Part shown: piece after piece, positions 46,038 to 60,806 of the stretch | Numbering within the stretch: the stretch's first letter is position 1 | How the letters are laid out: every line of letters begins with the position of its first letter | Source: the human T2T-CHM13v2.0 reference genome, Homo sapiens | Strand: one strand, 5' to 3' | NCBI RefSeq assembly: GCF_009914755.1 | Contig: NC_060925.1 | Length of the DNA: 64,000 nt | The notes under the pieces: model-generated | The model's input: the letters and a program-made list of their open reading frames with translations, nothing else | Told to the model about the DNA's origin: nothing | Database searches by the model: none | Made by a program: the position numbers and the translations under genes

Positions 46038-47118
46038 CAATGGTTGAGCTGATTTACTCGCTGGAACCCTTGACTGGTCACAGCTTTCAATGACGCAATT
46101 CCCTCCCCATCTGGTCGGTAATACTGACCCACTTTACATCCCTTCCCTGATTTTAAAATCCATTTGTAAATAGAGTAAATACCAACTTCTGTAAAATGAA
46201 ACTTTCAAAGTTGGAAAGAAACTTAAGTGTCATGTAGCTTTTTCTATTCCAGATACATCAAATCCCCCTAAAACATCCCCCTCAGAGGTCATCCAGCTTG
46301 GACACCTCTGTTGCTGGGGCATTCCTGCAACACTATGTTGAAATCATCTTATTCTATATTTGGACAGCTCTGTCTCTCAGAGTTCCTCATTGTATTAATC
46401 TGTCAGGGATATGACTTCCACCCATCGCTGAAAGATCCCAAAAGCTTAGTGGGCTTCACCAAAATGCATCCCTGAATAAAGTGGAGGATATTCAAAATAA
46501 GTCATGCAGAATAAGTGTGATTGCCTACAGAGTGTCAGCCTTTCAATATTTGGGAACAACTACCATGCATCTGTCCCCATCTTTTCTTCTCTGGTCTCAG
46601 CAGCCCCACTTCCTTCAGATTTTCACTGGATGTGTCCCCATGTTTTTTCAAGGAAGGTTGATATATGACGTAATAGCAAGATTGTGGACCATGACATAAC
46701 TAAGACTTGAACTCAAGGTTCAAACATTGACTTTGCACCTGAAGTCCTTAGCGAGATGAGCATTTAGGAAATATTGGCAATTGAAATTATATCCTCCACA
46801 TGAGCATCATCGCTACACTCTGTGTGACCTTGGGCAGGCCATGGAATCTCTTAGAGACTCTGTTTCTTCCCCAGGAAAAGTGGAATGAAAATGCCTTACT
46901 CCTGGGACAATGTTTTCCAACTTGCCTCAGCTTTCAGTCCTAACCTCTTCCTTCTCCTCCTCGTCATTCCACAACCCCACACCTGCATAGATTCCTATGA
47001 TCTGGCAATTTCAAAAAATACAGTCAAAGAGTGATTGCATGAATCAAGTGAGACCATGTCAGACCTGACTCAGTCTCTGGGATGCTCAATGTGTGTGCTT
47101 AATAAATGCCAGATTTAA

Positions 47119-47337
47119 TCTTTTTTCTTTTCTTTTTTTTTTTAATTAATTTATTTATTTTTATTTATTTATTTTTTATTTGAGACAGAATCTCTCTCTC
47201 TGTCACCCAGGCATGTAGCTTTTTCTATTCCAGATACATGTTGGCCAGGCTGGTCTCAAACTCTTGGCCTCAAGTGATCTGCCTGCCTCTGCCTCCCAAA
47301 GTGTTGAGGATTACAGGCGTGAGCCACTATGCCCAGT
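47119..47337 (-). mobile_element. Alu with internal deletion and templated insert
   Basis: Alu 3' and 5' parts joined by 28 bp of non-Alu sequence. Confidence 0.9.
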
Positions 47338-48396
47338 CTCATCCTATTTCTTACTCACCTTCCTCATTATATGCATCACCCTTTAAATGCTAGTTTCTCT
47401 TCTTTGAAGGTGTCATGTCCAGAGTGAGGTGCACCACTCCATTTATGAGCTTACTGGCACAGGTTAGCCATAGGCAGATCACCTATTTATTATCAGATAG
47501 ACAAAGCAGATTTTCTTTTCAATTTGTAGATTGCCCCTGAAAACCAGAGAACTGGGCTGATGCAGAAGGGATAAATGAAGGCATAAAGGAACGAGTCTGA
47601 CTGTATCTTTGCTCTTTACTGTTTGTTGTTTAGTTATTTCATCTGGTTTTGGTGTTATCTAATTTTTTGGTAGACTTCAAGCATAGCATAGAATAGGTCC
47701 ATAATAAAGGATTTCAAGAGTCAGTTACCAGTGCCTTTTTCCCAGTTCATTGGTGCAGATAATTGAGTTGACTGGGAAGGAGTATCTGGGTTCTGGGTAA
47801 TGCCAAGATACCAACTGCTCTCTTCCTGCTTTTCCTTTAACAAAGGAGAGACAGCTGATGAGACACACGGTTAGGGGGCCCCAGCCAGGACCCATACGAA
47901 GCAGCTGCCTGCCTTTGTCTCTCATCTGGGACCATTCTGTATGGCCCCTCTGGCTCTCCTTCCCCAGAGCTTCAGGAAGAGGGCTGGATTGCACGGCATA
48001 CCCTGCACTATTGCGTGCTGCCCGTTGGACCCTGGCTTTTTGTGCTCTTCATCGCCCTCTGGGTATAGTTCGCTTTACCAAGTAGATTTAGAAGGTGTCA
48101 GCCACACTTACCCCTACCTCACTGGGTGAGTCTGTGGAAGCTGCACCCTCAGGGCCCATGCGCAGTTCCCAGGGGGAGGGGAAAGGGCCACATGACAGTT
48201 AAGGTGCTTTCCTATGGTGCAAGTTCCCCCACACACAAGGTTTTATTTTGAAAACCGTCAGATAAGTAGAGAAGGTGAAAGACTGACTAGTACGATGAAT
48301 GTCTACATTCACTGATTGTTGACATTTTGCTAGATTGCTCTGTATATAGATCAATCTATATAATATTTTTCTGAGCCACTTAAGAGTAATTTGTTG

Positions 48397-48707
<311 letters not shown>

Positions 48708-48762
48708 TCATGATACTTAACCCTTCAACACTTAAGCATGTTATTTCCAAAGAACAAGGACA

Positions 48763-49060
<298 letters not shown>

Positions 49061-49574
49061 AAACAAGGACATACTTCTATGAAGCTACAGCACCACAATC
49101 ATACCCGTTAGTACTGGATTTAACAGAATTGTTTAATATATGGCCAGAATCAGATTTTCCAGTAGTTTCCCAAATGCCTTTTTGAGAGTGCTGTATACTT
49201 TTTCTCAACCCACAGCCTGCTCAGTTAAGGCCTAAATTGGAATTTTCTCTCTCAGCAAAAGGGAAATAAGGTCATGATCCCTAAAATTGGGATAGTGAAC
49301 CACGGGAGGAGAAGCACTTTGACTTATATCATTTCATGTAATCGTTCCAACAACTTAGCGAGATAGGTACTAGTATTCTCTCCATTTTACTGGTTAGGAA
49401 ATTGCAGTTCAGAGAGTTATCTAAGTTGCCCAAATAGTATGAGCCATTATTACCACTCCATGCTGCATGTCATATGTAATGATAGAAAAATAAGAGATTA
49501 TATTTGTAAAAACCTGCGTCTTTTACATTCCACACATTCTGTATCCTCTTCACTAGGTCTTTTTTTAAATTACT

Positions 49575-49863
49575 ATTATTTTTTGAGACGGAGTCTTGCT
49601 CTGTTGCCCAGGCTAGAGTGCAGTGGCATGATCTCGGCTCACTGCAACCTCCACCTCCCAGGTTCGAGCAATTCTCTGTCTCAGCCTTCCGGGTAGCTGG
49701 GATTACGGGCACCTGCCACCATGCCCGGCTAATTTTTGTATTTTCAGTAGAGACGGGGTTCCACCATCTTGGCCAGGCTGGTCTGAAACTCCTGACCTTG
49801 TGATCTACCCACCTCGCCCTCCCAAAGTGCTGAAATTACAGGCGTGAGCCACTGTGCCCAGCC
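49575..49863 (-). mobile_element. AluS
   Basis: TSD CACTAGGTCTT. Confidence 0.93.
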
Positions 49864-49930
49864 CACTAGGTCTTATGAGGTGTTAGCACATGCTATGCTG
49901 TCCCCATTTGACAGAGGAGGAAAGTGAGGC

Positions 49931-50044
49931 TCTAAGGCTGGGATTTAATAATATTTATGTAGTCATGATCATGTAAATGACATTTACTGATAGTCTTTAT
50001 GCAGAGCTCAATATACTTAGTTGTGGTTGCTGGGCAGGCTGTAA
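49931..50044 (+). repeat. 114-bp direct repeat, copy 1
   Basis: 112/114 identical to 51338-51451. Confidence 0.95.
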
Positions 50045-50068
50045 ATAGCTATCAATAAAGGTGTAACT

Positions 50069-50360
50069 GCCAAGGCAGGAGGATTTCTTGAAGCCAGAAT
50101 TCAAGACCAGCCTGGGAAACCTAGCAAGACTCACCCCCCAATCTGTACAAAACATTAAAAAATTAGCTGGGCATGATGGCACATGCCTATAGTATGGTCC
50201 TCCTGCCACAGCTACTTGGGAAGCTGATATAGGAGGATCGATCACTTGATCCCAGCCAGGAGTTTGAGGTTGCAGTGAGCTATGATTGCACGACTGCACT
50301 CCAGCCTGGGTGACAGAGCAAGATCCCATCTCTTAAAAAAATAAAAATAAATAAATAAGT
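50069..50360 (+). mobile_element. AluJ
   Basis: TSD AATAAAGGTGT. Confidence 0.88.
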
Positions 50361-50845
50361 GAATAAAGGTGTTATTGACTGAAGAAGAGAGGTAGAAGAG
50401 GGAAAAGGAGGGTCTCTAATACTCTCCTCTTCTACTGAGGGGATTCAAGAGTCTGTCAAAGTGTTAGAAAACAAGAAACCAAATTTTAAGATCAAAGGTA
50501 CAAGATAACTCATAAAAGTAACTAAAATCAAATATTGGGAGGAAGAAAAGGAGAAAGAGAGTCGGGTTTAGTGTAAGTGCTCTAAACTTGTCTAACTCCT
50601 TTGGTAATGATAGATATTGTCTACAGGTGACAAAACAGGGAATAGTTATTAGTATGTTATCTAGAGTTTACGTGGATAACCACCAAAGGAGCTAATAACA
50701 GAAAACTATTTGGACAATAGAATGGAGTTGGGAAGAGGTGGGACAGGAAACTGTTGCTTGTTATTATAAGGTCTTCTGTACAATTTGATGGTGACCACCC
50801 AAAACAGTAGTGAGGAAGGCAGGCTTTAAATTCAGATATTCTAGT

Positions 50846-50849
50846 TTTC

Positions 50850-50914
<65 letters not shown>

Positions 50915-51276
50915 TTTCTCTCTCTCTCTTTCTTTCTTCCTTCTTTTCTTTCCTTCCTTCCTTCCTTCTTTCTTTCTTTCCTTCTTTCTTTTTTTGACAA
51001 AGTCTCACTCTGTCACCCAGGCTGGAGTGCAGTGGAACAATCACAGCACATTGCAGCCTCAACCTCCCCAGGTTCAGATGATCCTCCCACCGCAGCCTCC
51101 CGAGTAGCTGGGATTACAGGCATGTACCACCACGCCTGGCTAAATTTTGCATTTTTTGTAGCGAGGGGGTTTTGCCATGTTGCCCAGGCTGGTCTCAAAC
51201 TCTTAGGTTCAAGCGATCCACCTGCTTCAAACTCCCAAAGTTCTGGGATTACAGGCATGCGCCAACGCGCCTGGCC
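50846..51276 (-). mobile_element. AluJ with expanded (CTTT)n/(CCTT)n tail
   Basis: ~150-bp pyrimidine microsatellite 50846-50995 then Alu. Confidence 0.92.
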
Positions 51277-51337
51277 TTCTGGCTTCTAAATACACAGAGG
51301 TGAGCAGGACAAAAGGCCTGGCCTTGGAGGAAGGAAA

Positions 51338-51468
51338 TCTAAGGCTGGGATTTAATAATATTTATGTAGTCATGATCATGTAAATGACATTTACTGATAA
51401 TCTTTAAGCAGAGCTCAATATACTTAGTTGTGGTTGCTGGGCAGGCTGTAACCTGCCCAGCAACCACA
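51338..51468 (+). repeat. 114-bp direct repeat, copy 2, ending in a 17-bp perfect inverted repeat
   Basis: See findings. Confidence 0.95.
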
Positions 51469-51496
51469 GAGAGGACTGTCTTAAGACCTGGGTGCC

Positions 51497-51900
<404 letters not shown>

Positions 51901-51940
51901 CTAAATATTTGTTGTAATTTAAAAAAAATTATAATTTCAC

Positions 51941-52239
51941 TTTTTTTTTGTTTTTAAGAGACGGGGTCTTAACCTGTTGCCCAGGCTGGAGTGCAGTGGC
52001 ACCAATGCAGCTCACTGCAGCCTTGACTTCCAGGGCTCAAGTGATCCTCCTGCCTCAGCCTCCTAAACAGCTGGGACCACAGGCGCCCGCCACCACACCC
52101 GGCTAATTTTTGTATATTTTGTAGAGATGGGGTCTCGCTATGTTGCCCAGGTTGGTCCCAAACTCCTGGCCTCAGGATTGCTCCCAACCTTGGCCTCCCA
52201 AAGCATTCAGATCACAAGGGTGAACCACCATCCTTGGCC
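51941..52239 (-). mobile_element. AluJ
   Basis: TSD TATAATTTCACTTTT. Confidence 0.92.
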
Positions 52240-52999
52240 TATAATTTCACTTTTAAAAGTATTTGGTTATCAGCAATTCATTTATTAATAATTTTAAATT
52301 GGCTATTTCTTGGTAACCCTGAACATATGCAGAAATTACTGGATCAGAAGAAAAATTTTATCTGTAAGTTATTTTCAAATAGAATGCATTTTTGTGAAAG
52401 CTAAAGTTAAGTATTGAAGAAGTTGACACAATGTTACATTTTATAGATGTTTGATTAAATCTTGATTAACTTCAATTTTGTAGTTTTATGTTTGTATTTG
52501 GGAACCCAGGGCCTCTGAAAAGCTCCTCGGCTCTGCACTTTCTGTCCTGGGAACATGTGGGGTGGGTGGTCTATGTATGGCCCTGAAGGGCCTCTCGGCA
52601 AATGTTTGAGACCCACACCACTCTGGAGCAGTCACCTGACCCAGAGGATGGAGGTTGGCTTGACTGAAGTTCCATAACCTAAATCCCATCCTGCTATCAG
52701 AGTTCTTCCTCAGGCCTTCACTGCAAAGGTTCCTCTGGTCTACTCTATGGTCCGTGCTGAATGACTTCATATCCATCCTCTCGTTTACTCTTCATGGCAA
52801 CCTTATGAGGTGGGCAGGACAAATATTTCCCTTTCTGTAGATGTCAAAATCGGACTCAGAGAGGCTAAGTAACTTACCCAAAGCCACATAACTTTAGGGA
52901 ATGAGTTGGGGAACCCAAGTCTTCCAGCTCCTGGTCTTTGTCCTTTCCAATACACTCCAGGGTCATGTATAGCAGAAGGGGCCAGTGGACTGGTGTCTT

Positions 53000-53295
<296 letters not shown>

Positions 53296-55289
53296 GCCAC
53301 AGTGTCTTTAATGGCTCATAGAACTTAACCACAGACATCATGTCTGTTATACAAATGCAGAAATCATATTGAGCTTTTAAATTTACTTTGCTATCACATT
53401 TATTTTGACAAGCGCTTGAGATTTATTTCTCAATAAAAGCTACTTTAAAGTACACCACCAATTTTATCACTTCTGCTCATTTTTACCCAGTCAAAAAAAT
53501 AACGTAAAAGTGTTACGTTTTGAGGTTCTGTTTCTCATTTTCTCATCAGAGTTGAAAATTACCATTGTGCATGAATTTAGGCCTGTGTTAGGCTGGCAAC
53601 CCATTAAAACTCCTCTGCTTTTTAGCCGGTCTGGAGCTAATAAGCCGGCCCCTCCCAATTTACACATCTCCTGTGAGATCCAGTGTCTCTCTGTCACTCA
53701 TTACCAAGCTCCTTACTAAATGTCATCACAAAGATGCCACATCACCCCTCTTAGTCATCTCCCCACTTCCTCTTGCTGGCCATGGCCAGAAAGAAATCAG
53801 GGGCCGTAGGGAGGCCTAGAAAGTGACCACAGAGTTGGGGGTGGCTGTGGGAAGTGGATGGGAATGGCCACTGCTGAGCTGGCCACAGAGACTGTGACAA
53901 AGACAAAGGCCTCTGTGTTTGGGATGGCAGGGAGGGGGCCAGAGGCCGAGTCAGGGCTGGCATGCTGATAGTCTGGGAAAGGCCTCCCAGGGCAGAGGAA
54001 AGCCCACAATGCCACTCTGAGTTGGCCGCTCTTAGCACTTGGAAGTAGCTTAGTTGGGTCCTGATACACAGTAGGGGCTCAGCAAACATTTGTTGATTGA
54101 TTATTTGGCAGGGTGGCGGGGTTGGGGGTAAGGGATGCCTTTAAGCTGAGGTGGGTAAAGGGAATGTCCTTTCCCTTTCTCCTGCCCACGGGAGCGCTGA
54201 AGGTGCTGAATTTCCCTGGCTTGTTCAGAGGCCACCTCTTTGCTTCCTTGACCTCTCCCTGACATTGGGCTCTGACGCATGTGGGGTAATGCACAGGCTT
54301 TGGAGTCAGCCTGACCCGGGTTCCTACAACCTCCCTGAGCCTCAATTTTCTCGTCTGTAAAATGGGGGCAATAATACTCAGGCCAGGGAATTGTGAAGAT
54401 CATCCTAGAAGGTGTTAAGCACCCTCTGGCCTAGAGCCAATGTTGGTCATTCTTATGGTCCTTAATTTGGATGCCCCGTGGCTCGCTGCACCCCCATGTA
54501 TAAAATAAATCCTTGATCCACCGAACGTACACCGGACAGGCAAAGGGATGGAGCGAAGTCAAGGATGCCTCATTTAGCCCCAGCCATGCAGACTATACTT
54601 CGGGGTAGATTTATCCCCAAATGGATGTTTACGTATCAGACAGGGGATGCTTCCCTGTCTGAGGGTCAGATGGACGGGTGGAAGGGTTATCTGTGGTGCT
54701 GGCTCTAAGATATATGGTCCCTCAGGCCCCTCTGGGCTCCAGACTGCAGGCCTCCAGGGGACGAGGGGGGCAGAGTGGCCTGGGGTTTTGTTTGGCAACA
54801 CTGGCCTATTATCTGGCCCAGGCTGTGTTTCCAGGGCATTGTAAATAGCACCCGCTTGGCTCTGGAAGGAGGAGCCGCAGATGTGGCTGAGGCAAAATAT
54901 ATGGTAAGGTGGGAGATTTGAAATGATAAACTCGAGGCTTGTGAGCCAAAATACAGGCTGGGGCCATCTCCAGGCAATAGGACACCAGGGAGGGCTCAGC
55001 CTGGATACCTCTGTGGTGAAGGCCTGACTCACAAAGCCAGACAGAGCCTGTGCTCAGTGGCCCATGGGCCAGGGCTGCCGGCTCTGTTTGCTTCCATCTG
55101 CCTCTTTGTAGAGAGCCTGGGCTGCTTCCTAAACTCAGCCAGAGGAGTGAACAGAGCTTGAGCCAGATTTCAGGTCTAGAGAGAGAAGCAGGAGAAAATG
55201 TGAGGGTATATTCACCTGCAAAAGGCCAGCCACTGTGTGTTCCAACCGAGAAGGAGGGAATCCTTTTCTCTTCTTTTATTCTATTGTCT

Positions 55290-55655
55290 TCTATTTTAAT
55301 TGAGGTATAATTTACAAACAGTGAAACACACAGATCGATGTGTTTTTGACAAATGAATACGCCCATGTGACCCACACCGGATCCAGATATGGAACATTTC
55401 CATCAACCCACAGAATTTCCCTCCTGTCCCTTTTGTCAATGTGCTCCCACCCACTGTCTCCGTGTTCTGATTCGTATCATCATAGATTAGTTTTGCCTGC
55501 TCTTGAACTTCATATAAATGGAATCATGTGGTAGGTTCTATTTTGTGTCTGGCTTCTTAGCTCAGCATAATGTTTTTGAGATTCATCCATGTTGAATGAT
55601 GTATTTTGCTTCTTTTAATTTCTGACGTATGAATGTGCCACAGTTTGTTTATGGG
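55290..55655 (-). mobile_element. L1M (L1MC/MD/ME) 3' end
   Basis: TTAATTGAGGTATAATTTACA...GAACTTCATATAAATGGAATCAT...TTGAGATTCATCCATGTTG. Confidence 0.75.
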
Positions 55656-56524
55656 AGGAAACTTGAGATTCCTTTCATTGCGGTAGGATTCACATCTATC
55701 CAGCATCAATAGAGTATCTGCCAGGGTTTTGAGAGTTAAGCTGGTCGGTCCTTAGTGGATGTTTAAAGTGTTCAGTGTCACCTTCTTTGTTCCCAGACAA
55801 CTTCCCCATTTCTGTGTCTTGCTGTAAAAGACCATAATGCCTTTTCTTCCCTCCATGGACTGGAGCTGCCTTTATCTCCTGGAGCTGGGAAGTTCAGATC
55901 ATTTGTAGAGGGGCCCCTGGTTTCCCCATAAGACAGAATGTTATTCTTTAATCTGAATTGAGCTGACACGTGTTGACAGACAGGGGTGTCTGGCCCTGCA
56001 TGTGGGAAACACAGGTCCACGTGCAAGACTGGAGCCTGTGGTGGGGAGACACTGGTGACCCGGAGCCAAGAAGTGACATGATGAAGCTGTTTTACCAGCA
56101 GGACGGCCCTAATGGCAGGGACCACGTCTGTTCTGTTCACCGATGGGAAGCCAGCACATAGCACAGAACCTAGCAAGCAGTGGGCATTCCATAAAGAGGT
56201 GTGGGACCAACTAATGGCTTGGAAGAGGGAGAGTTGGGCCAGCAGATGTACTGTCACGTTCCTGACATGCAAAGTCTGGGCTAGGGCGGCCCTGCTGGGG
56301 AAGGAAAGGAAGAGCCGTGGGAGAGACTTTTTACAAAGGAAAACCGAACAGGACTGGATGACTGTGGAACATGGGAGGGACACAACAGAGAGCAGAATCC
56401 AAAAGTCGTGCAGTCTTTTTGGAAGAGCACTGGACTGAAAGTTGAGTCCCTCCTGCACCTTTTGGCATATAACCTGGGTAACTCATTTAACCTGTCTCAG
56501 TCTTAGAGTCCTTATCCATCAAAT

Positions 56525-57006
56525 GATCAGTTTGCTAGGGCTGCCATAACAAAGTACCACTAAGTGGGTGGCTTAATGAAACAGAAATCTATAGTGTCAG
56601 TTCTGGAGGGTAGAAGTCTGAAATCGAGGTGTTGGCAGGGTCATACTCCCTCTGAAATTAGTGGAGAATTTTTCCTTGCCTCTTCTAGTGTCCGGTGCTT
56701 TCCGACAATCCTTGTCATCCCTTGGTGTAGAGACACATCACTCCGATTTCTGCCTTCACCGCTGCATGGCCATCTCCTCCCTGTGGCCTTCACATCCTCT
56801 TCCCTCTGTGTATGTCTATGTCCAAATTTCCCTCTCCTTATAAATACAGCAGTCATACCAGATTAGGAGCTCACTCTACTCCAGTATGACCTCATCTTCA
56901 CTAATTACTTCTTCAATGACCCTATTTCCAAATAAGGTCACATTCGGAGACACTGGGAATTAGTACTTCAATTATCTTTTTTGGTGACACAATTCAACCC
57001 ATAACA
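56525..57006 (-). mobile_element. MLT1B/C MaLR LTR
   Basis: AGGGCTGCCATAACAAAGTACCAC...TTTCCAAATAAGGTCACATTC...ACAATTCAACCCATAACA. Confidence 0.85.
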
Positions 57007-57905
57007 TGCCACCTGCCACAAGATTGAATGAGGCAATCCTTTGTCATTGTTGCAGGTAAGGCAAGAATCAGGGGAGATTTTGGCCAGAGACCTACTTTTA
57101 ACATTCTATGTGACCTCGTTCAAATCTCTTCTCCTCTCTGGATCTCAGTTTCCTCATCTACAAAATGATCTGTAATGTCTTCCCTAGATGTAAATCCCAC
57201 AACTCCTTGACTCTGAAGCTCTGAGGTTTTGAGTCTGGGGGCCTGGGAGAGCTGTGGAGCTACTAACAGATATGGGGAAGTCAGGAGGGTAAGCCAGTCT
57301 GGGGATCAGAAGCTTCCTCTAGGTTCCATCCCTCATTTGGGAACTCAGCCCTCTTCTCCTGGTGGCCGGGACCCTGGAAAGTCCCAAGCATCTTCTATCC
57401 CCATCCCCTGCGCCATCACCCCTACCTTAGTGAGGCTCAGAAGGAGGGAGGGCTGCTATAAATAGCACCCTGGAATCAAAAGGCCCTCTTCCTGTGCAGG
57501 AAACACAGCGGCCTAATGGAGGCAGGAAAAAGGTGTTTCCGAAAGAGAGGCCAGAAAAGGGAGGGGCAGTGGGGATTCGGGAGCCAGATGGGTTCCCGGG
57601 TGCTGGAGCAAAGGTGCTGTGAAGGGAGATGGGGGGCGGGGGGCGGGGCAGATTTAATAACAGCTTCTGGGGTACTACTTGAGGTCGGCCTATCTGGAAC
57701 CCCAAGAGAACAGTCTGTGGAAAAGGCCCAAGAGGTATTTGAGTTGGGAGACTTAGGATTTCAGGTCCGAAAGTGGGGATTGAAAATGCCACATTCATTA
57801 ATTCACTGATCCATTCATTCATTCACTAGATATTAGCCACAGCTTAGGACTGTCCTAGGTGCTAAGGACAAACAGTATAACGCTCTTTTATAAAAAATAG
57901 TCTGA

Positions 57906-58347
<442 letters not shown>

Positions 58348-59862
58348 TCAGGCAAAGACTGGGTTGGAGGGGAGGGAACTGGGGGGCCTTCCAGGCAAGG
58401 GGAGAAAAATACTTGGACTCTTCCCCTCTGCTGTCCTAGCCCCAACCTTAGTCCAACCTGGGCCAGCAGCAGAGGTCTAAGGACCAGCCCTGCCCCCTCC
58501 ATAGAGGCTTGCCACCAGTCCTTGGGGCCCTCTCTGGAGAAATGCCCCTCTCCTCACCAGCAAAGAGCACCATCCTCCAAATGCCTGTGTGGAAAACGGG
58601 TCTCAAGTGACCTCTCAATGGAGAGCCCTAGAAAATCATTAGTGTTCCCCCTGTAAAAACAGGGGCTTAATTCTACGGGCAAATATCTCAGGCAAAAGCT
58701 CAGACCAGTAGACTCGTCTCTGGTGCAAAGGAGGAAGATGAGTCAGCCAGGGTCCCGGGAACCCTGACTCCATGATCCTGCCAGACCACAGGGCCCCCAC
58801 TTAAGGCTTGGAGGGGGCTGAGATGAAAATGATCTACTGTTTCTCTTAGGAAGCCCTAGGGAAGTCCAGTTTGGTGTCAAGTTGAAGATTTCTATGCATT
58901 CCCACGGCACCAACTGTGATGGTGAAATGCCACATTTCAGCCCCAATCATTCAGCCAGATTGGATTGCAATTAGTACCTGAGGCAGGAGCCCAATGCCCT
59001 CTGAGGTGCCTGGGTGAATTTCAACTTCTGTGCTGCTCCTTTTGTGAAACAATGCAAGAGATTCTGGAAGAAAGACAAAGGGTTGGGGGATGTGCTTGTC
59101 CAATGTCCTTCAGCACAGCCCACAGGACAGCCTTCAGACGTGTCCTGAGGCTTGTGTGCCCAATCACACATGCAAGGAATTAGGGGCCTGCCTTAGGGCT
59201 TGATTCCAGGACATTTACTCCCCATGGGGAGATCACTTACAAAGCTGCACTGTGGCCCCAGAGGTTCCCCTGGGCTAGTCTTAGAGAGAATTAAAGTCAG
59301 AAACCACCCAGCCTCCCCAAAACACTTAACTACCACCTCCAAATTAGCACCGTCCTTGGCTGGTAATCAAATTCTAGGAGATAGTTCCTGATCTTCCCAG
59401 TTTTCAGGTGGGTTAACTGAGGACCGGCTTGCCCACACCACTTAGGCTAGATAGAACAAGTAATTAAAGCCCAGAAATAGCTGGCTGAGATCCAGCCTGT
59501 TTAATGTAATAATGCTGAGAAATGTCAAACGTGGTTTTGTTCCAATAGGAGTGGAAGGGATGAAGAGAGACAGGAAGAAAGCACTCTATGTAGTTTCTGG
59601 AGTTGGCTGTAGAAGGACGAAAGGACTCCTCAGGGGCTGCGGAAAGGAAGCCATCTATGTGCTGGGCGGTGACTGAGCTGTGCATGGAACCCTGCGCAAG
59701 GGGCTTGGAGGGGCAGAAAGGAGGAGGCCTGGACTCCAAAAAACAAAAACAGAAACCAGGGATAAGAATAAGGGTGAAACAGAACTGGGTTTCTATCCTG
59801 CTGCCTCTTCCTAGCTGTGCGACTTCGTGCATATTATTTATCCCCTCAATGTTTTCGTGCTT

Positions 59863-60806
<944 letters not shown>

